The notes under the pieces are model-generated. The model saw nothing but the letters and a program-made list of their open reading frames with translations, had not been told where the DNA came from and ran no database searches. DNA of 64,000 bases from Mobula hypostoma (lineage: Eukaryota), in the NCBI RefSeq assembly GCF_963921235.1, contig NC_086098.1, positions 6,448,001 through 6,512,000 on the forward strand. Direction: 5' to 3'. Positions within the stretch are counted from its first letter, which is position 1; every line of letters starts with the position of its first letter. This document shows, in pieces, positions 52,191-64,000 of the stretch. Position numbers and translations under genes: made by a program.

Positions 52191-53636
52191 ATGATAACAC
52201 CTTCTTAATCTGATTTATCTTTTCTTGCAGTCCTGATGAAGGGTCTTGGCCTGAAACATCGACAGTTTATTCCTTTCTATAAATGCTGCTTGACCTGTTG
52301 TATCTCCCAGCTTTTTGTGTTGTTTCTTGGGTTTCCAGCAAATGCAGATTTTCTCATGTTTGTGGTCCCCTCTATACTTTCCTCCAATCACCTTAAAATT
52401 ATGCCCTCTCATACAGCCATTTCTGCCTGGGAAAAAGTCCCTGGCTGTCCGCTCCATCTATGCATAATATCATCTGAAACAGCTCTATTAAGTCACCCTT
52501 CCGTCTCCTTTGCGCCAGAGGAAAAAGCCCAGTCTCACTCAATCTTTCCTCATAAGTCTTTCCCTCTAATCTAGCTACCATCTGCTCTGCACCCTCTCTA
52601 AAGCTTCCACATCCTTCCTATAATACTTACCTTCCTCACCATTACTTGGCTAGTATGGTTCCTCTCACATATTTTTAACCAATTTAAGTTTGCTGCCCCT
52701 AAAACCTCCCACTAGATGAAGGTAAAGAAAATTGCAGAAGTGTTTATAATCATGGCAAACACTAGTCAGAAACACAAATAATTCTGCAGATGTTAGCATG
52801 CTACGAATGCTGGAGGAACTCGGCAGGTCAGGCAGCATCCATAAAGAAGAATCAACAGTTAATGTTTTGGGCTGAGGCACTTCGTCAGTACTCATCAGTC
52901 CTGAAGTGACTCGACCCAAAAAGTCGACTGGTTATTCATTTCCACGAACAGTCACACCAGACTTATTCATTTTCATTCACACCAGAAGGAGGAGATTCAT
53001 TCCACAAGCCTTCAATTATGTTAAAGTTAGATGTAAAAGGGACATCCATTTAGAAGGGAAATGAGGAGAAGTTTCTTTAGCCAGAGTGTGGTGAAACTGC
53101 GGAATTCATTGGCACAGGTGGAGGCCAGGTCACTGGGTATATTGAAGGCAGAGGTTGATAAACTCTTGATCAGTCAGGGCATGAAGGGATACTGGGAGAA
53201 GGCAGGAGAATGGGGCTGAAAGGGAAATGGATCAGCCATGACGAAATAGCGGAGCAGACTCAATGGGCCAAACGGCCTAATTCTGCTCCTCTATTTAGTG
53301 GTCTTTTGGTCTTCAGTGACAAAGCGTAAAGTCACTGCAGTGGACAAGCCTTCTTCTACATGACTGATTCCACAACCACAGCAGATGATTCAGGCATCAG
53401 TAAAACTTGCACAAGGGAGTTATATGTGAGATCCAAACGAGTGGACACTAACCAATTTGAAGCAAACATTTAGACACGCAGAGAACTGCAAAGGAAATCA
53501 GTGACTTTGTGAGCCATGTTTTAAGCAATTATATACATAGGAAGACATGAATTAGGTGCAGGAGTATTCCACTTCTCGCCACAAACCTGTCCCAATGTTG
53601 GGCAGCAACATGTCCGATTTCATTACTCCAATAAAT

Positions 53637-53860
53637 GGGGTGGTATGGTAGCATAATGACTAGCCTACCCCCAGTGACCTGGGTTCGATTCCCGCCACTG
53701 CCCGTAAGTATGTTTGTACATTCTCCCCAGTGACCACATGGGTTTCCTCCAGGGCCTCTCGTTTCCTCCCACCTTTCAAAGACATACAGGTTGGCAGGTT
53801 AATTGGATACATGTGTGGATTAGGGCCGGAGGGGCCTGTTACCGCACTGTATCTCTAAAT
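53637..53860 (+). mobile_element. HE1-type SINE
   Basis: GGTAGCATAATG A-box-like and GGTTCGATTCC B-box, V-domain core GGGTTTCCTCC...TTCCTCCCAC, CR1-like tail. Confidence 0.75.
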
Positions 53861-55849
53861 AAGTATAAAATGAGCACTTGTACATAAATGTCATCATATA
53901 CAACCCTGAGATTCACTTTCTTCTGGGCATTAACAGTAAATACAAAGAAACACAATAGAACACAACAGAAAGGCCTTGATAGTGGATGTGGAGAGGATGT
54001 TTCCTATGCTGGGAGAGTCTGGGACCAGAAGACACGGCCTCAGAATAGAGGGGTGTCCTTTGCAAACAGAGCTGAGGAGGAATTTCTTTAGCTAGAGAGT
54101 GGTGAGTCTGTGGAATTTGTTGCCACAGGTGGCTGTGGAGGCCAAGTTATTGGGTATATTTAAGACAGAGGTCGATAGATTCTTGATTGGTCAGGACATA
54201 AAGGGATGAAGGCAGGAGACTGGGGCTGAGAGGGAAATTTGGATCAGCCATGATGAAATGGCAGAGCAGACTCAGTGGGCCAAATGGCCTAATTCAGCTC
54301 CAATAGCTCATGGTCTTACGGTGTAAACAGTGCACAAAAATTACATAATACAGACCAACAACCAATGTGCAAAAGGCAACAAACTTTGAAAATGCAGAAA
54401 GGAAAAGAAATAAAAACATAATAATAATAAAGAAATAAGCAATATTGAGAACACGAGATGAAAAGTCTTTGAAATTGTCAACCTGTATTGCATCTTCTCT
54501 GTAACTGCAACCTATTTTCTGTATTCAGTTGTTACCTCAGCGTAAATCTGTGTGGTATGATCTATCTGGATGTCATTATCAAATGAAAACTTTTCACTGT
54601 ATGTTGTTATATGTGACAATAATATACCAATACCTCAACTGTACATTCTGGTCTACCCATGGTAACTTTTCACTCCCTTGTTTATCAGGTTTCTATCTAC
54701 TCCATGCCATAAAAATATTCGAAGAACCTGTTTCAAATACTGTTTGAGGATGAGACTTCCTCAGAAAGGAATATACTTTATACTTTACTTTATACTTTAT
54801 TGTCACCAAACAATTGATACTAGAACGTACAATCGTCATAGAGATATTTGATTCTGCGCTTCCCACTCCCCGGATTACAAATCGATAGTAAATATTAAAA
54901 AGTTAAATTATAAATCATAAATTGAAAAATTAGAAAAATGGAAAGTAAGGTAGTACAAAAAAACCGAGAGGCAGATCCGGATATTTGGAGGGTACGGCCC
55001 AGATCCGGGTCAGGATCCGTTCAGCAGTCTTATTACAGTTGGAAAGAATATTACCCGGACATTACTTTTCCAAATGGGCCTTCAGATTCTAAACTCTGAA
55101 TTGTATAGAATATACAACCTGAAATGCTTACTCTTCACAGACATCAAGGAAACAGAAGAAAAACCCCAAAGAATGAATGACAGGAAATATTAGAGCCCCA
55201 AAGCCACCCTCCCCCCCCATGTATAAGCAGCTGCAAAAGCATCACCCCTCCCCCTCCCCCTACCTGCCTCAGCAAAAGCATCGATCCTCTCCCAACTTGC
55301 TCCAGCAACAATATCAACCGACCTCACCATCCATCATGCAAGCAATAGTGAAGCCCGCCGGAGGCCATGGTCTGGAGTCCATCAAAAACCAATACTTCGA
55401 CATCTCTGACAGGCTCTCTCTCTCACTAATGACAGAGAGAGGGGTATCGCTCCAGAGGGAGACCAACAGCTCGCTGTTCCAGTGTTACAATTAGTATTTT
55501 TTAGCTCTATTTGTCATGTACACCAAAATGTCAAAACACACTGTAAATTGTGTCATTTGTATTACACAGCAAGGATTGCACTGGACAGCGTGCAATGATA
55601 TTGACGGCAACATAACAAGCACCCAGCTCACTAACCCAAACCATACATCTTTAGACTATGGGAGGAAACTGGAGCACCTGGAGGAAATGTACATGGTCAC
55701 AGGGAGACAGTAGAAACTCCTTACAGACAGTACTGAAGAAACCCACATGGTCAAGAAAGTACCAACTCCTTACAGACAGTACTGAAGAAACCCATGTGGT
55801 CACGGGGAGACAGTACAAACTCCTTACAGACAACATTGACGCACTTTTG

Positions 55850-56865
55850 GGACATGATTGGCTGCCAGTGCTTAGTGGTTTTCCACAGGGGTCTGTTTCA
55901 GACCGATTCTTTTCATGTTATACATAATGATTTAGATGATGAAATTGACAGCTTTGTTACAAAGTGTGCAGATGATAAGACGACAGGTGGAGGGGCAGGT
56001 AGATTTAAGGAAGTAGAGAAGCTACAAAAGGACTTAGATAGATTAAAAGAATGGGTAAATAAGTGGCAGAAGGAATACAATGTTGGCGTGTGTGGTCATG
56101 CACTTTAGTAGAAGAAATGAAAAGACTAATTATTTTTTAAATGGAGAGAAAATACGAAAATCTGAGGTGCAAAGGAACTTGGGAGGTTAAAGGTTAATTT
56201 GCAGGCTGAGTCTGTGGTGAGGAAGGCAAATGCAAGGTCAGCATTCACTTCAAGACGACTAGAATATAAAAGCAAAGATGAAATTTTGAAACTTTATAAA
56301 GCACTAGTGAGGCCTGACCTGGAGTATTGTGAGCAGGTCGAGGCCCCTTATTTTAGAAAGGATGAGCTGAAACTGAAGAGGGTTCAAAGGAGGTTCATGA
56401 AAATGATTCCAGGTTTGAACGGCTTGGCATATGGCTCTGATAGCTGTGGGCCTGTATTAGAATTAATAGAATTATTAGAATTAAAAAGAATGAGGGGTGA
56501 CCTCATTGAAACCTATCGAATGGTGAAATGCCTTGATAGAGTGGACATGGAGAGGATGTTTGCTATGTTGGGAGAGTCTAAGACCAGAGGACACAACCTC
56601 AAGGTAGAGGGATGTCCTTCTGGAATGGAGATGAGGTATTTCTTTAGCCAGTGAGTGGTGAATCTGTGTAATTCTTTGCCACAGGCAGCCGTGGAAGCCA
56701 TATTTATGTATATTTAAGGCGGAGGTTGATAGATTCTTGGCTGATCAGGGCATGAAGGGGTATGGGCGAAGGCAGGAGGCTGGGGCTGAGAGGAAAAATG
56801 GATCGGCCATGGTGAAACGATCAAATAGCCTAATTCTGCTCTTATACCTTATGATATTATGGTCT
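55850..56865 (+). mobile_element. Old CR1 LINE RT and 3' end
   Basis: [43 protein letters not shown] motifs with frameshifts. Confidence 0.85.
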
Positions 56866-58282
56866 TAAAAAAAGTTAACTATACTCACTTGCCCATCCAT
56901 TAAGATGTTTCCACAACCAGTGATATCACTTCAGTGACTCTTTATCTTGCTTCCCATGCTCTCGTTATTTATTGCCTGTTATTTATATTTGCATTTGCAC
57001 AGTTTGTTGTCTTCTGCACTCTGGTTGATCATTCATTAATCCTGTTATTGTTACTATTCTATAGATTTGCTGAGTATACCCACAGGAAAAAGAATCTCAG
57101 GGTTGTATGTGGTGACATATATGACTGATAATAATTTTACTTTGAACTTTGATACTTTGGACAGTCATTAGAGCAGGGGCTTGATCCTTGATCCACCGAC
57201 CGCTTGCTTCATGGCATAAAGAAGGTTGGGATCCCCAGCACTAGAGGCATATTAAACTGTTGAGGATATAAAAACTATTTAAAATAAAATACAAGTAGAT
57301 CATTGTTTGTTGAACTACAAAGCAAATAACAATTAAAATTAAACAGTCAGATCCAACAGTACTTTTGCTTAACGAAATTTGGCTTCTGCACAGAATGCAA
57401 TAAAGGTCCAAATGCATCAAAAAAAGAGTGGAATCTAATTGCTCAGAACAAGTGCTTGTAAACTTTACAATCTGGCACAAAAGCAAATTGCTGGGACGAA
57501 CACTTTAAATTTGCCAGTCAGTAGGAATGTCAGTCTCTTTGACTATCATGTGGGAAATAATGAACACATCAATTCTGGAGACGTGCTCGGCAACAATTGT
57601 ACCAACTGCCAGAGCACATATGGTACGATGTAGGAATGACACCTTTCACATGGCATATGGAAAGTAACTGCAGCCTGCATAAACATTGGAATGGTTTTTA
57701 CTGCACGATCCCTGCATCTGTTTAAAGTTTAAATTTTAGTATTTTGCAGTGCTACAAAGTGATTGAACACCATTCTAAATACAAACTGAAAAGGTTATAC
57801 TGTCTCACTGTACGGCACTCTGTCATTTTTAGTAATACTCTCTGCTTGTTCTTATCAATGTGCAAATTAATCATTTCTTCGCACAACAGCTGTTCTGAAA
57901 AATGTTGCTTTCTGATCCTGTCATAAAGGAGAATTAAATCATTAAGGACTTACTTATTCGACAGATGGCATAGAAACTAAGAAAGGGTAAGCATGGGTTG
58001 ACAAAACAGCTTCAGAAGAGGCTCGGAGAGTGAGTTTGATTATTAATGTGTTTGTTATGGTGAAAGGTGTTCTATTGGATTTCACTGTATCATTGGTATT
58101 TTCCTTGTAGTTTAACTTTCTTATGCTTGTTTGTATTTATATTTAATTACCTATGTACATGTAATTGTTCAGAGAGTTTTTCTGCAGTTGCTTTTGTAAC
58201 AACTTGGTTGCATTTGTGGGTATCGCAGTACTTGAATAGGGGCTACTGATTGGTTAATTTAAGCAATGGTATTTGAATGGAA

Positions 58283-58511
58283 GCAACACACATAAAAGTT
58301 GCTGGTGAACGCAGCAGGCCAGGCAGCATCTCTAGGAAGAGGTACAGTTGACGTTTCGGGCCAAGACCCTTCGTGAGTCCTGACGAAGGGTCTCAGCCCG
58401 AAACGTCAACTGTACCTCTTCCTAGAGATGCTGCCTGGCCTGCTGTGTTCACCAGCAACTTTGATGTGTGTTGCTTCAATTTCCAGCATCTGCAGAATTC
58501 CTCGTGTTTGC
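58283..58511. mobile_element. Fold-back Penelope pLTR insertion with hammerhead at the hairpin centre
   Basis: ~95-bp inverted arms; 14-bp TSD GTATTTGAATGGAA at 58269-58282 and 58512-58525; AGTCCTGACGAAGGGTCTCAGCCCGAAACGTCAACT at 58376-58411. Confidence 0.9.
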
Positions 58512-58526
58512 GTATTTGAATGGAAT

Positions 58527-58698
58527 ATCTCTCTTTCCCTCTCTCACTCTTTCGCTCTCTGACTCTACTGTTCCTCCTCTCTCTGTCAGTCTCTCTCTCC
58601 TCTCTCTTTCTGTCTTTCTCCTCTCCATCTCTCCTCTCTCTCTGTCTCTCCCTCTCCTTCTCTCCTCTCTCTCTCCTTCTCCCTCTTTCTCTCTCTCT
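58527..58698. repeat. CT-rich imperfect microsatellite
   Basis: Polypyrimidine (CT)n-like tract. Confidence 0.9.
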
Positions 58699-58886
58699 CA
58701 GACATCTGAAGACCCACACTCAACATTTTAGGAACAGTTTCTTTCTGTCCACCACCAGATTTCTGAATGGCTCGTAAATTCAACACACTACCTTGTTTTT
58801 TTCTGCACAAGTTATTTATTTTTGAAACTTATAGTAATGTTTATGTATTGCACTCTGCTGCTGCTGAAAACAAGTTTCATGGCCTA

Positions 58887-59429
58887 CACTCAGTGGCCAC
58901 TTTATTAGGTACACCTGTACACCTGCTCATTAATGCAAATATCTAATCAGCACGTAGTAGTAACTCAATGCTTAAAAGCATGCAGACATGCTCAAGAGGT
59001 TCAGTTGTCGTTCAGACCAAAACATCAGAACGGGGAAGAAATGTGATCTAAGTGACTTTGACCATGGAATGATCGTTGGTGCCAGACGGGGTTGTTTGAG
59101 TATCTCAGAAACTGCTGATCTCCTGGGATTTTCATGCACAACAATCTCTAGAGTTTATCAAGAGTGGTGTGAAAAACAAAACAAAAAATCCAGTGAGCAT
59201 CAATTCTGTGGGCAGAAATGCTTTGTTAATGAGAGAGGTCAGAGGACAATGGCCAGGCAGGTTCAAGCTGACAGGGAGGTGACAGTAACTCAAAAGCCAT
59301 GTGTTATAACAGTGGAGTGCAGGAGAGCATCTCTGAACATAGAACACATTGAACATTGAAAGGGATGGACTACAGCAGCAGAACACCACACGGGGTGCCA
59401 AGGTGTTCCTAATCATATAACTCTGAGTA
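58887..59429 (+). mobile_element. Non-autonomous Tc1-like element with N-terminal HTH remnant
   Basis: TA then CACTCAGTGGCCACTTTATTAGGTACACC TIR; GKKCDLSDFDHGMIVGARRGCLSISETADLLGFSCTTISRVY; degenerate right TIR. Confidence 0.85.
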
Positions 59430-60342
59430 ATAACAAACCTGATTCTGATTCTGGAGTTGTGGGCAAGGTGGACAAAATTGCCTAAAATTAATGGTTATAT
59501 TTGATTAATTTGTGAGAGCACCCAAAAAGGAAATGGATCAAATTGTTTGTGGGATAGGGTTGTTGGGAACAAGATAAATTATCATTGGGTGATGGGATCA
59601 AGAGGCTTACATCTGACCTGGAGGCAGTGGGGTCATGGTCAAGTATTTACTCCATATCACCATCAGACATACAATGAAGCCAAAAGCCCCACCTAGTCTG
59701 CTCCACCATTCCATCATGGCTGATTTATTTGCCCTTTCAACCCCTTTATCCTGCCTTTTCCTATAATCTTTGATGCCCAGACCAATTAAGTAACTATCAA
59801 CCTCTGCTTTAAATATATCCAGTTACTTGGGGCTACGCCATGTCCCGGAGGATGAAGGTCCTTAATGATGGATGCTGCCTCCTGAGGAATTACCTTTTGA
59901 AGATGTCCTCAGTGGGGAGAGGGCTGTGACCATGATAGAGCTGGCCGTGTCTACAAGCCTCTGCAGCCTCTTTCAATCCTGTGCATTGGCGGGTAGTCAA
60001 CCGTATTTCTACTGAAAACTTTGTCGAAATTTGGTAGAATTTTTGGTCATATTGTACTGGAAACTTCTTGGTTTCAGTGGTGTCACTTCTTAAATCTGGC
60101 TATTTAATTGGTTAACTGTTTTCTGTTGGGATTTCAATGGAATTAGCAAATCCAGACCATCTTTGTTCATTCCCTTTTCACCTTAAGCTCCTTTCTTTCC
60201 CTTAGGCTCTCCAACTCTTCTATTTCCCTGCCCTTCTCTTTTCCACTTCATCCCTCATCACGTCTCCCCTCCGTTTCTTTATTCTTGTAATGCTTAATAA
60301 AAATGATCACATTCAACAATTTTTTGCCTCATTCTTGATTTC

Positions 60343-61140
60343 ATAGAACATAGAGGATAGAGCAATACAACACGGAAACAGGCCATTCGGCCCTCAATAT
60401 TGTGCCAAACCAGCTAAAAAGCAAATCAAAAACACTCAAACACTTCCTCACACCCACATGCCTCTCCAAACATCTCTGAAAAGATTCCCAAGTATTTGCC
60501 TCTACCACCAGATCAGGCCATTATCCACCACTTTCTGACTAAAAAACTTACCCCTCACATCCCTTTTGAACCCACCCCTGCCCATCTCCAATGCATGCCC
60601 TCTGGTATTAGACATTCCTACCCTTGAAAATACATACTCCCTCTCTATTCCTGTCTACGCCTCTCCTAATCGTATAAACCTCTATCAGATCTCCCCTCAG
60701 CCTGTGGCACTCCAAAGAAATCAACCCAAATTTATCCAGCCTCTTTTGATAGCACATACCCTCTAAACCAGACAGAATCCTAGTAAATCTCCTCTGCACT
60801 CTCTCCGATTCCTCAACTTTCTTCCTATATTAGGGTGACCAGAAGTGTATACAATACTCCAAATGTGGCCTAAATAGAGTTCTATAAAGTTGCAATATAA
60901 CTTCTTGACTTTTGAACTCAATACCTTGACTAATAAAAACAAGCATTCTGTAAGCATTCTTAACCACCTTATCGACCTGCGTAGCCACTTTCACGGAGCT
61001 ATCAACTTGCACCCCCAAGATCTATCAACTCAACAACAATATTAAAGGTCTTGCTCTCAGCTGTGTACTGTCTCCTTTCATTTGCCCTATCGAGGTGCAA
61101 CAACCTCACATTTATCTGGGTTAAACTCCATCTGCCATTT
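60343..61140 (-). mobile_element. CR1 LINE 3' fragment
   Basis: LYRTLFRPHLEYCIHFWSP; QRRFTRILSG..RGDLIEVY; CATAGAA tail. Confidence 0.85.
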
Positions 61141-61387
61141 CAATGGTTTAATAGTTCTACTTAAGATATGAAAATGCATATAATATGCAACCTAAAATTC
61201 TTACTCTTCACAGAAATCCACAAAAAGCAGAATACCCAAAGAATGAGTGACAGTAAAAACATTAGAACCCAAAAGCCCCCCATTCTCCCGTCCCACGCAC
61301 AAGCAGACGTAAAGCGACGACCCTCCTTCCCCCCCCCTTACTTTAGCAAAGAGCACAGTACCTTCCACCCACCAAGCATGGAATAGC

Positions 61388-61992
61388 TGTAGCGACTATG
61401 CCCCTCTTGACTCCCGTTTGTCTAGGGTAAACTGGCGTTGACCCCACCAACTCTGTAATCACATTGGTGTGGATACTGTGTGATTGCACCCAGGTACAAG
61501 GCCACAACACGAAATATCAGACGGTACACGATAGGCAAGTAAATGATTACACTTTATAATTATTTCTCAGTGATGGGTTAGTAGAAACAAATAAAATAAA
61601 GGTGCCAAATCAATAAATTTTATCAGTTCTGTACACAAATAATTTGTTGGAGCTCACGAAATTCGCCATCCGTTCCTCCCCTCGATCTCCTCCGAACTCC
61701 GTCAACCCTCGGCTGGGATCACTCCCAGTGATCTACCAGAGCGCTCGACTCACGTCTGACCTTTTCTCTTCTCCTCCACCAAAAGCCCGCACTTCTCCTC
61801 TGGTTCCCGCACATACAGACAGAGTAACATGACTTCCATTGGCTAGCAAATGAATACAAGTCCCGTTATCACTAATTATAACCCAAACACGCTGCTACAG
61901 AGAACCCTTTACTCAGCAGTTAACAGTACAGAGAAGCCATTTTGTCAGCCTTAACAATTAACATTACAATGAGTATTACTGAGAACCCTACA
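61388..61992. mobile_element. Solo LTR (605 bp), same family as 25822-26414
   Basis: TGTAG...CTACA ends; 4-bp TSD TAGC at 61384-61387 and 61993-61996. Confidence 0.88.
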
Positions 61993-64000
61993 TAGCAAAG
62001 CCCCCAAGAAAGACCATGATCGGCAGAACAACAGAAACTAGTCATTCACCCAACAATTGGACACACCACAGGCACTCTCTCCTTAATCAGGAACAGAGAG
62101 GTGTCCATATTTCACAGTGAGAAGGGAGACATTACTGAACAAGTCACTGATTTCAGTGTAAAAGCCTCCCGTATCACATTTTTTCCTGAGTTCTCCGTCT
62201 CAAGAAGCGGCAACAAACCAACCAACGTGAGAAAGAGAGAGGGGACGTGATTCACTAAATACAGAGCCCCCGACAGCTGATCCACTGTTCCCAATATTTG
62301 ATTTTCTCCCACAACACCAGTCGGTGGCACCACTTAGAATCTGCCCACCCCCAGGGCTGCAAAGCTTCGGAACCCTAAAGGTACACTCACCTTCCAGACC
62401 GGGCCCTTGGGATATCAAAAAATGGGCGGCTGTGAGCTCACGGAAGCAGATCCCACCGCCGCAAAGAACTGAAGCTGAGTGTAGCTCTAGGCAAGGGTTT
62501 TCGACAGAAGTCCATCTACCTTGAAAAAGAAAAAGAGATAGGGATTAAGCTGTTTCCGCGGGTGATCTCGAAGGAGTCGCTGTTGAGCGTCATCACAACT
62601 CCGCCCTCTGCAACTCGCTGCCTATATGTGCAAATGATTGATATCGCGCTGTATCCTTTGCCAGTCTTGCACACTATCCACAACTCCACCAATCTTGGTA
62701 CCATCTGCAAACTTACCAACCCACTCATCCACTTTTTCATGCTGGTCATTCATAAACATCACAAACAGCATAGGTATCAGCACAGATCCTCTCCACCATT
62801 GAGGACATCTTCAGATGGCAATATCCATTATTAACAACCTTAACCATCTGGGACATGCTTTGGATCACAAAGGTTCAAGATACAACAATACCAAATGTCA
62901 AACTCTTAATGAAGTATAGCGGCTGTCATGCCTTCTCCATTGGAATCTCCAAGCTTTTCTTTACTGTCTAAGCAATCGGATTTTATTACCTGGACCATGC
63001 GAGGACATGTCTTACGTACCAATCAACTGTAGCAGAGCGAATGGTGCTTGATACAAAAGAAATCAGCATTGGTGAGAAAAGGCATCCTCAAACATCGTGA
63101 GCTAAAAAGTCTGCAAAAACATCTATAAGAATCAAAATTCACTCAGATTTCACTAAAGAGATCAACTTTAGAAATTACCTTTGTTTCACTTCTCTTAGTG
63201 TTGCTTATAAGAAAAAAATGAATCTATAAGCTTATTGTGATGAGGATGCCAGCGAACAACGTAACCAAGGGCGACATACTCCAGGAGGTTCACAAAACTA
63301 CTTGGTTCAGTTCTTTCTCTTCTCCTTTTTCTTGCAAATGTAGTTCCGCTGTGTTGGAACCTGTGATCTACTGTTCCATACGAGTGATCTACACTTTGCT
63401 GGTGTGTTTTTGGACCGATTGCGTGATCTAGTGATTTGCTGTCTCCGAGAGCATTCTGTGAGTGAAGCATGCGACCTCGCGGATAAAAACCCTGGAGAAG
63501 GAGTGCAAGGCCACGATCGACTCCAGTTCTCACAGATTAAAGCACTGAGGAAAACTGAACTCAACGCGGTGAGTGCGGAAAGCAAGTAGGTGTTCAGTGC
63601 CCTCACTCACTGCTGCGTGTGCTTTTGACAGTCTTCATCTCCCTCTCACTTGCTGCTCCCGGAGGAAGGTTTGATCAATGTGATTTGTGGATTGGATACT
63701 GTAGTTCATCATCTGATGTGTCTCTGGCTTCTGCTCCCTCCTTTTTATGTTGAATTTGAATCAGAGCAGCCTGCAGAAAACAGACACTGAGTTGAACTGA
63801 ATATACCTTGGACTCTTTTGACTTTGTGTTTTATATTCTGTGTTTCTCGCATGTTGCCATTTGTCTGATATGTTTTTTTTCTGCACGTGGGGTGGGGGGG
63901 TGTGGTTGATACTTTTCTTTGAACGGATTCCACGGTTTTTCTCTGTTTCATGGTGGTCCATGGGAAGATGAATCTCAAGGTTGTACACCGCATACACACT

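Noticed and set aside
53637..53700. tRNA gene
   Set aside because: The A/B-box-like head runs into the SINE body and no full cloverleaf is evident.
58393..58810. Arg/Glu-rich and Ser/Leu-rich ORFs
   Set aside because: Artefacts of translating the CT microsatellite.
63020..63110. Minus-strand segment bounded by TTTTTGCAG and GTACGT as a coding exon
   Set aside because: Stop codons in all three frames.

Overview
Eukaryotic, very repeat-rich DNA with no confidently identifiable host protein-coding exon, so probably intronic or intergenic. The repeat complement (HER1/CR1 LINEs, HE1-type SINEs, Rex1/Babar, Penelope-like elements, Tc1/mariner, hAT-Charlie, Gypsy LTR elements) points to a cartilaginous fish, most likely a ray (inference). 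Nearly all listed ORFs are decayed transposon fragments or noise. Four highlights: (1) a ~490-bp RTE-like retroposon at 31786-32272 whose middle is an exactly circularly permuted 178-bp copy of the first coding exon of ZFTRAF1/CYHR1, as expected if reverse transcriptase copied one turn of a circular RNA; (2) a Gypsy element at 6783-9289 whose RT/RNaseH/integrase region is replaced in frame by the C-terminal coiled coil of SH3KBP1/CIN85; (3) a Sleeping Beauty-subfamily Tc1 element at 1472-1916, a horizontal-transfer candidate; (4) many Penelope termini with minimal hammerhead ribozymes, three of them fold-back insertions with 11-14 bp target-site duplications. Family names come from motif recognition by eye, not database searches, and boundaries of old repeats are approximate.
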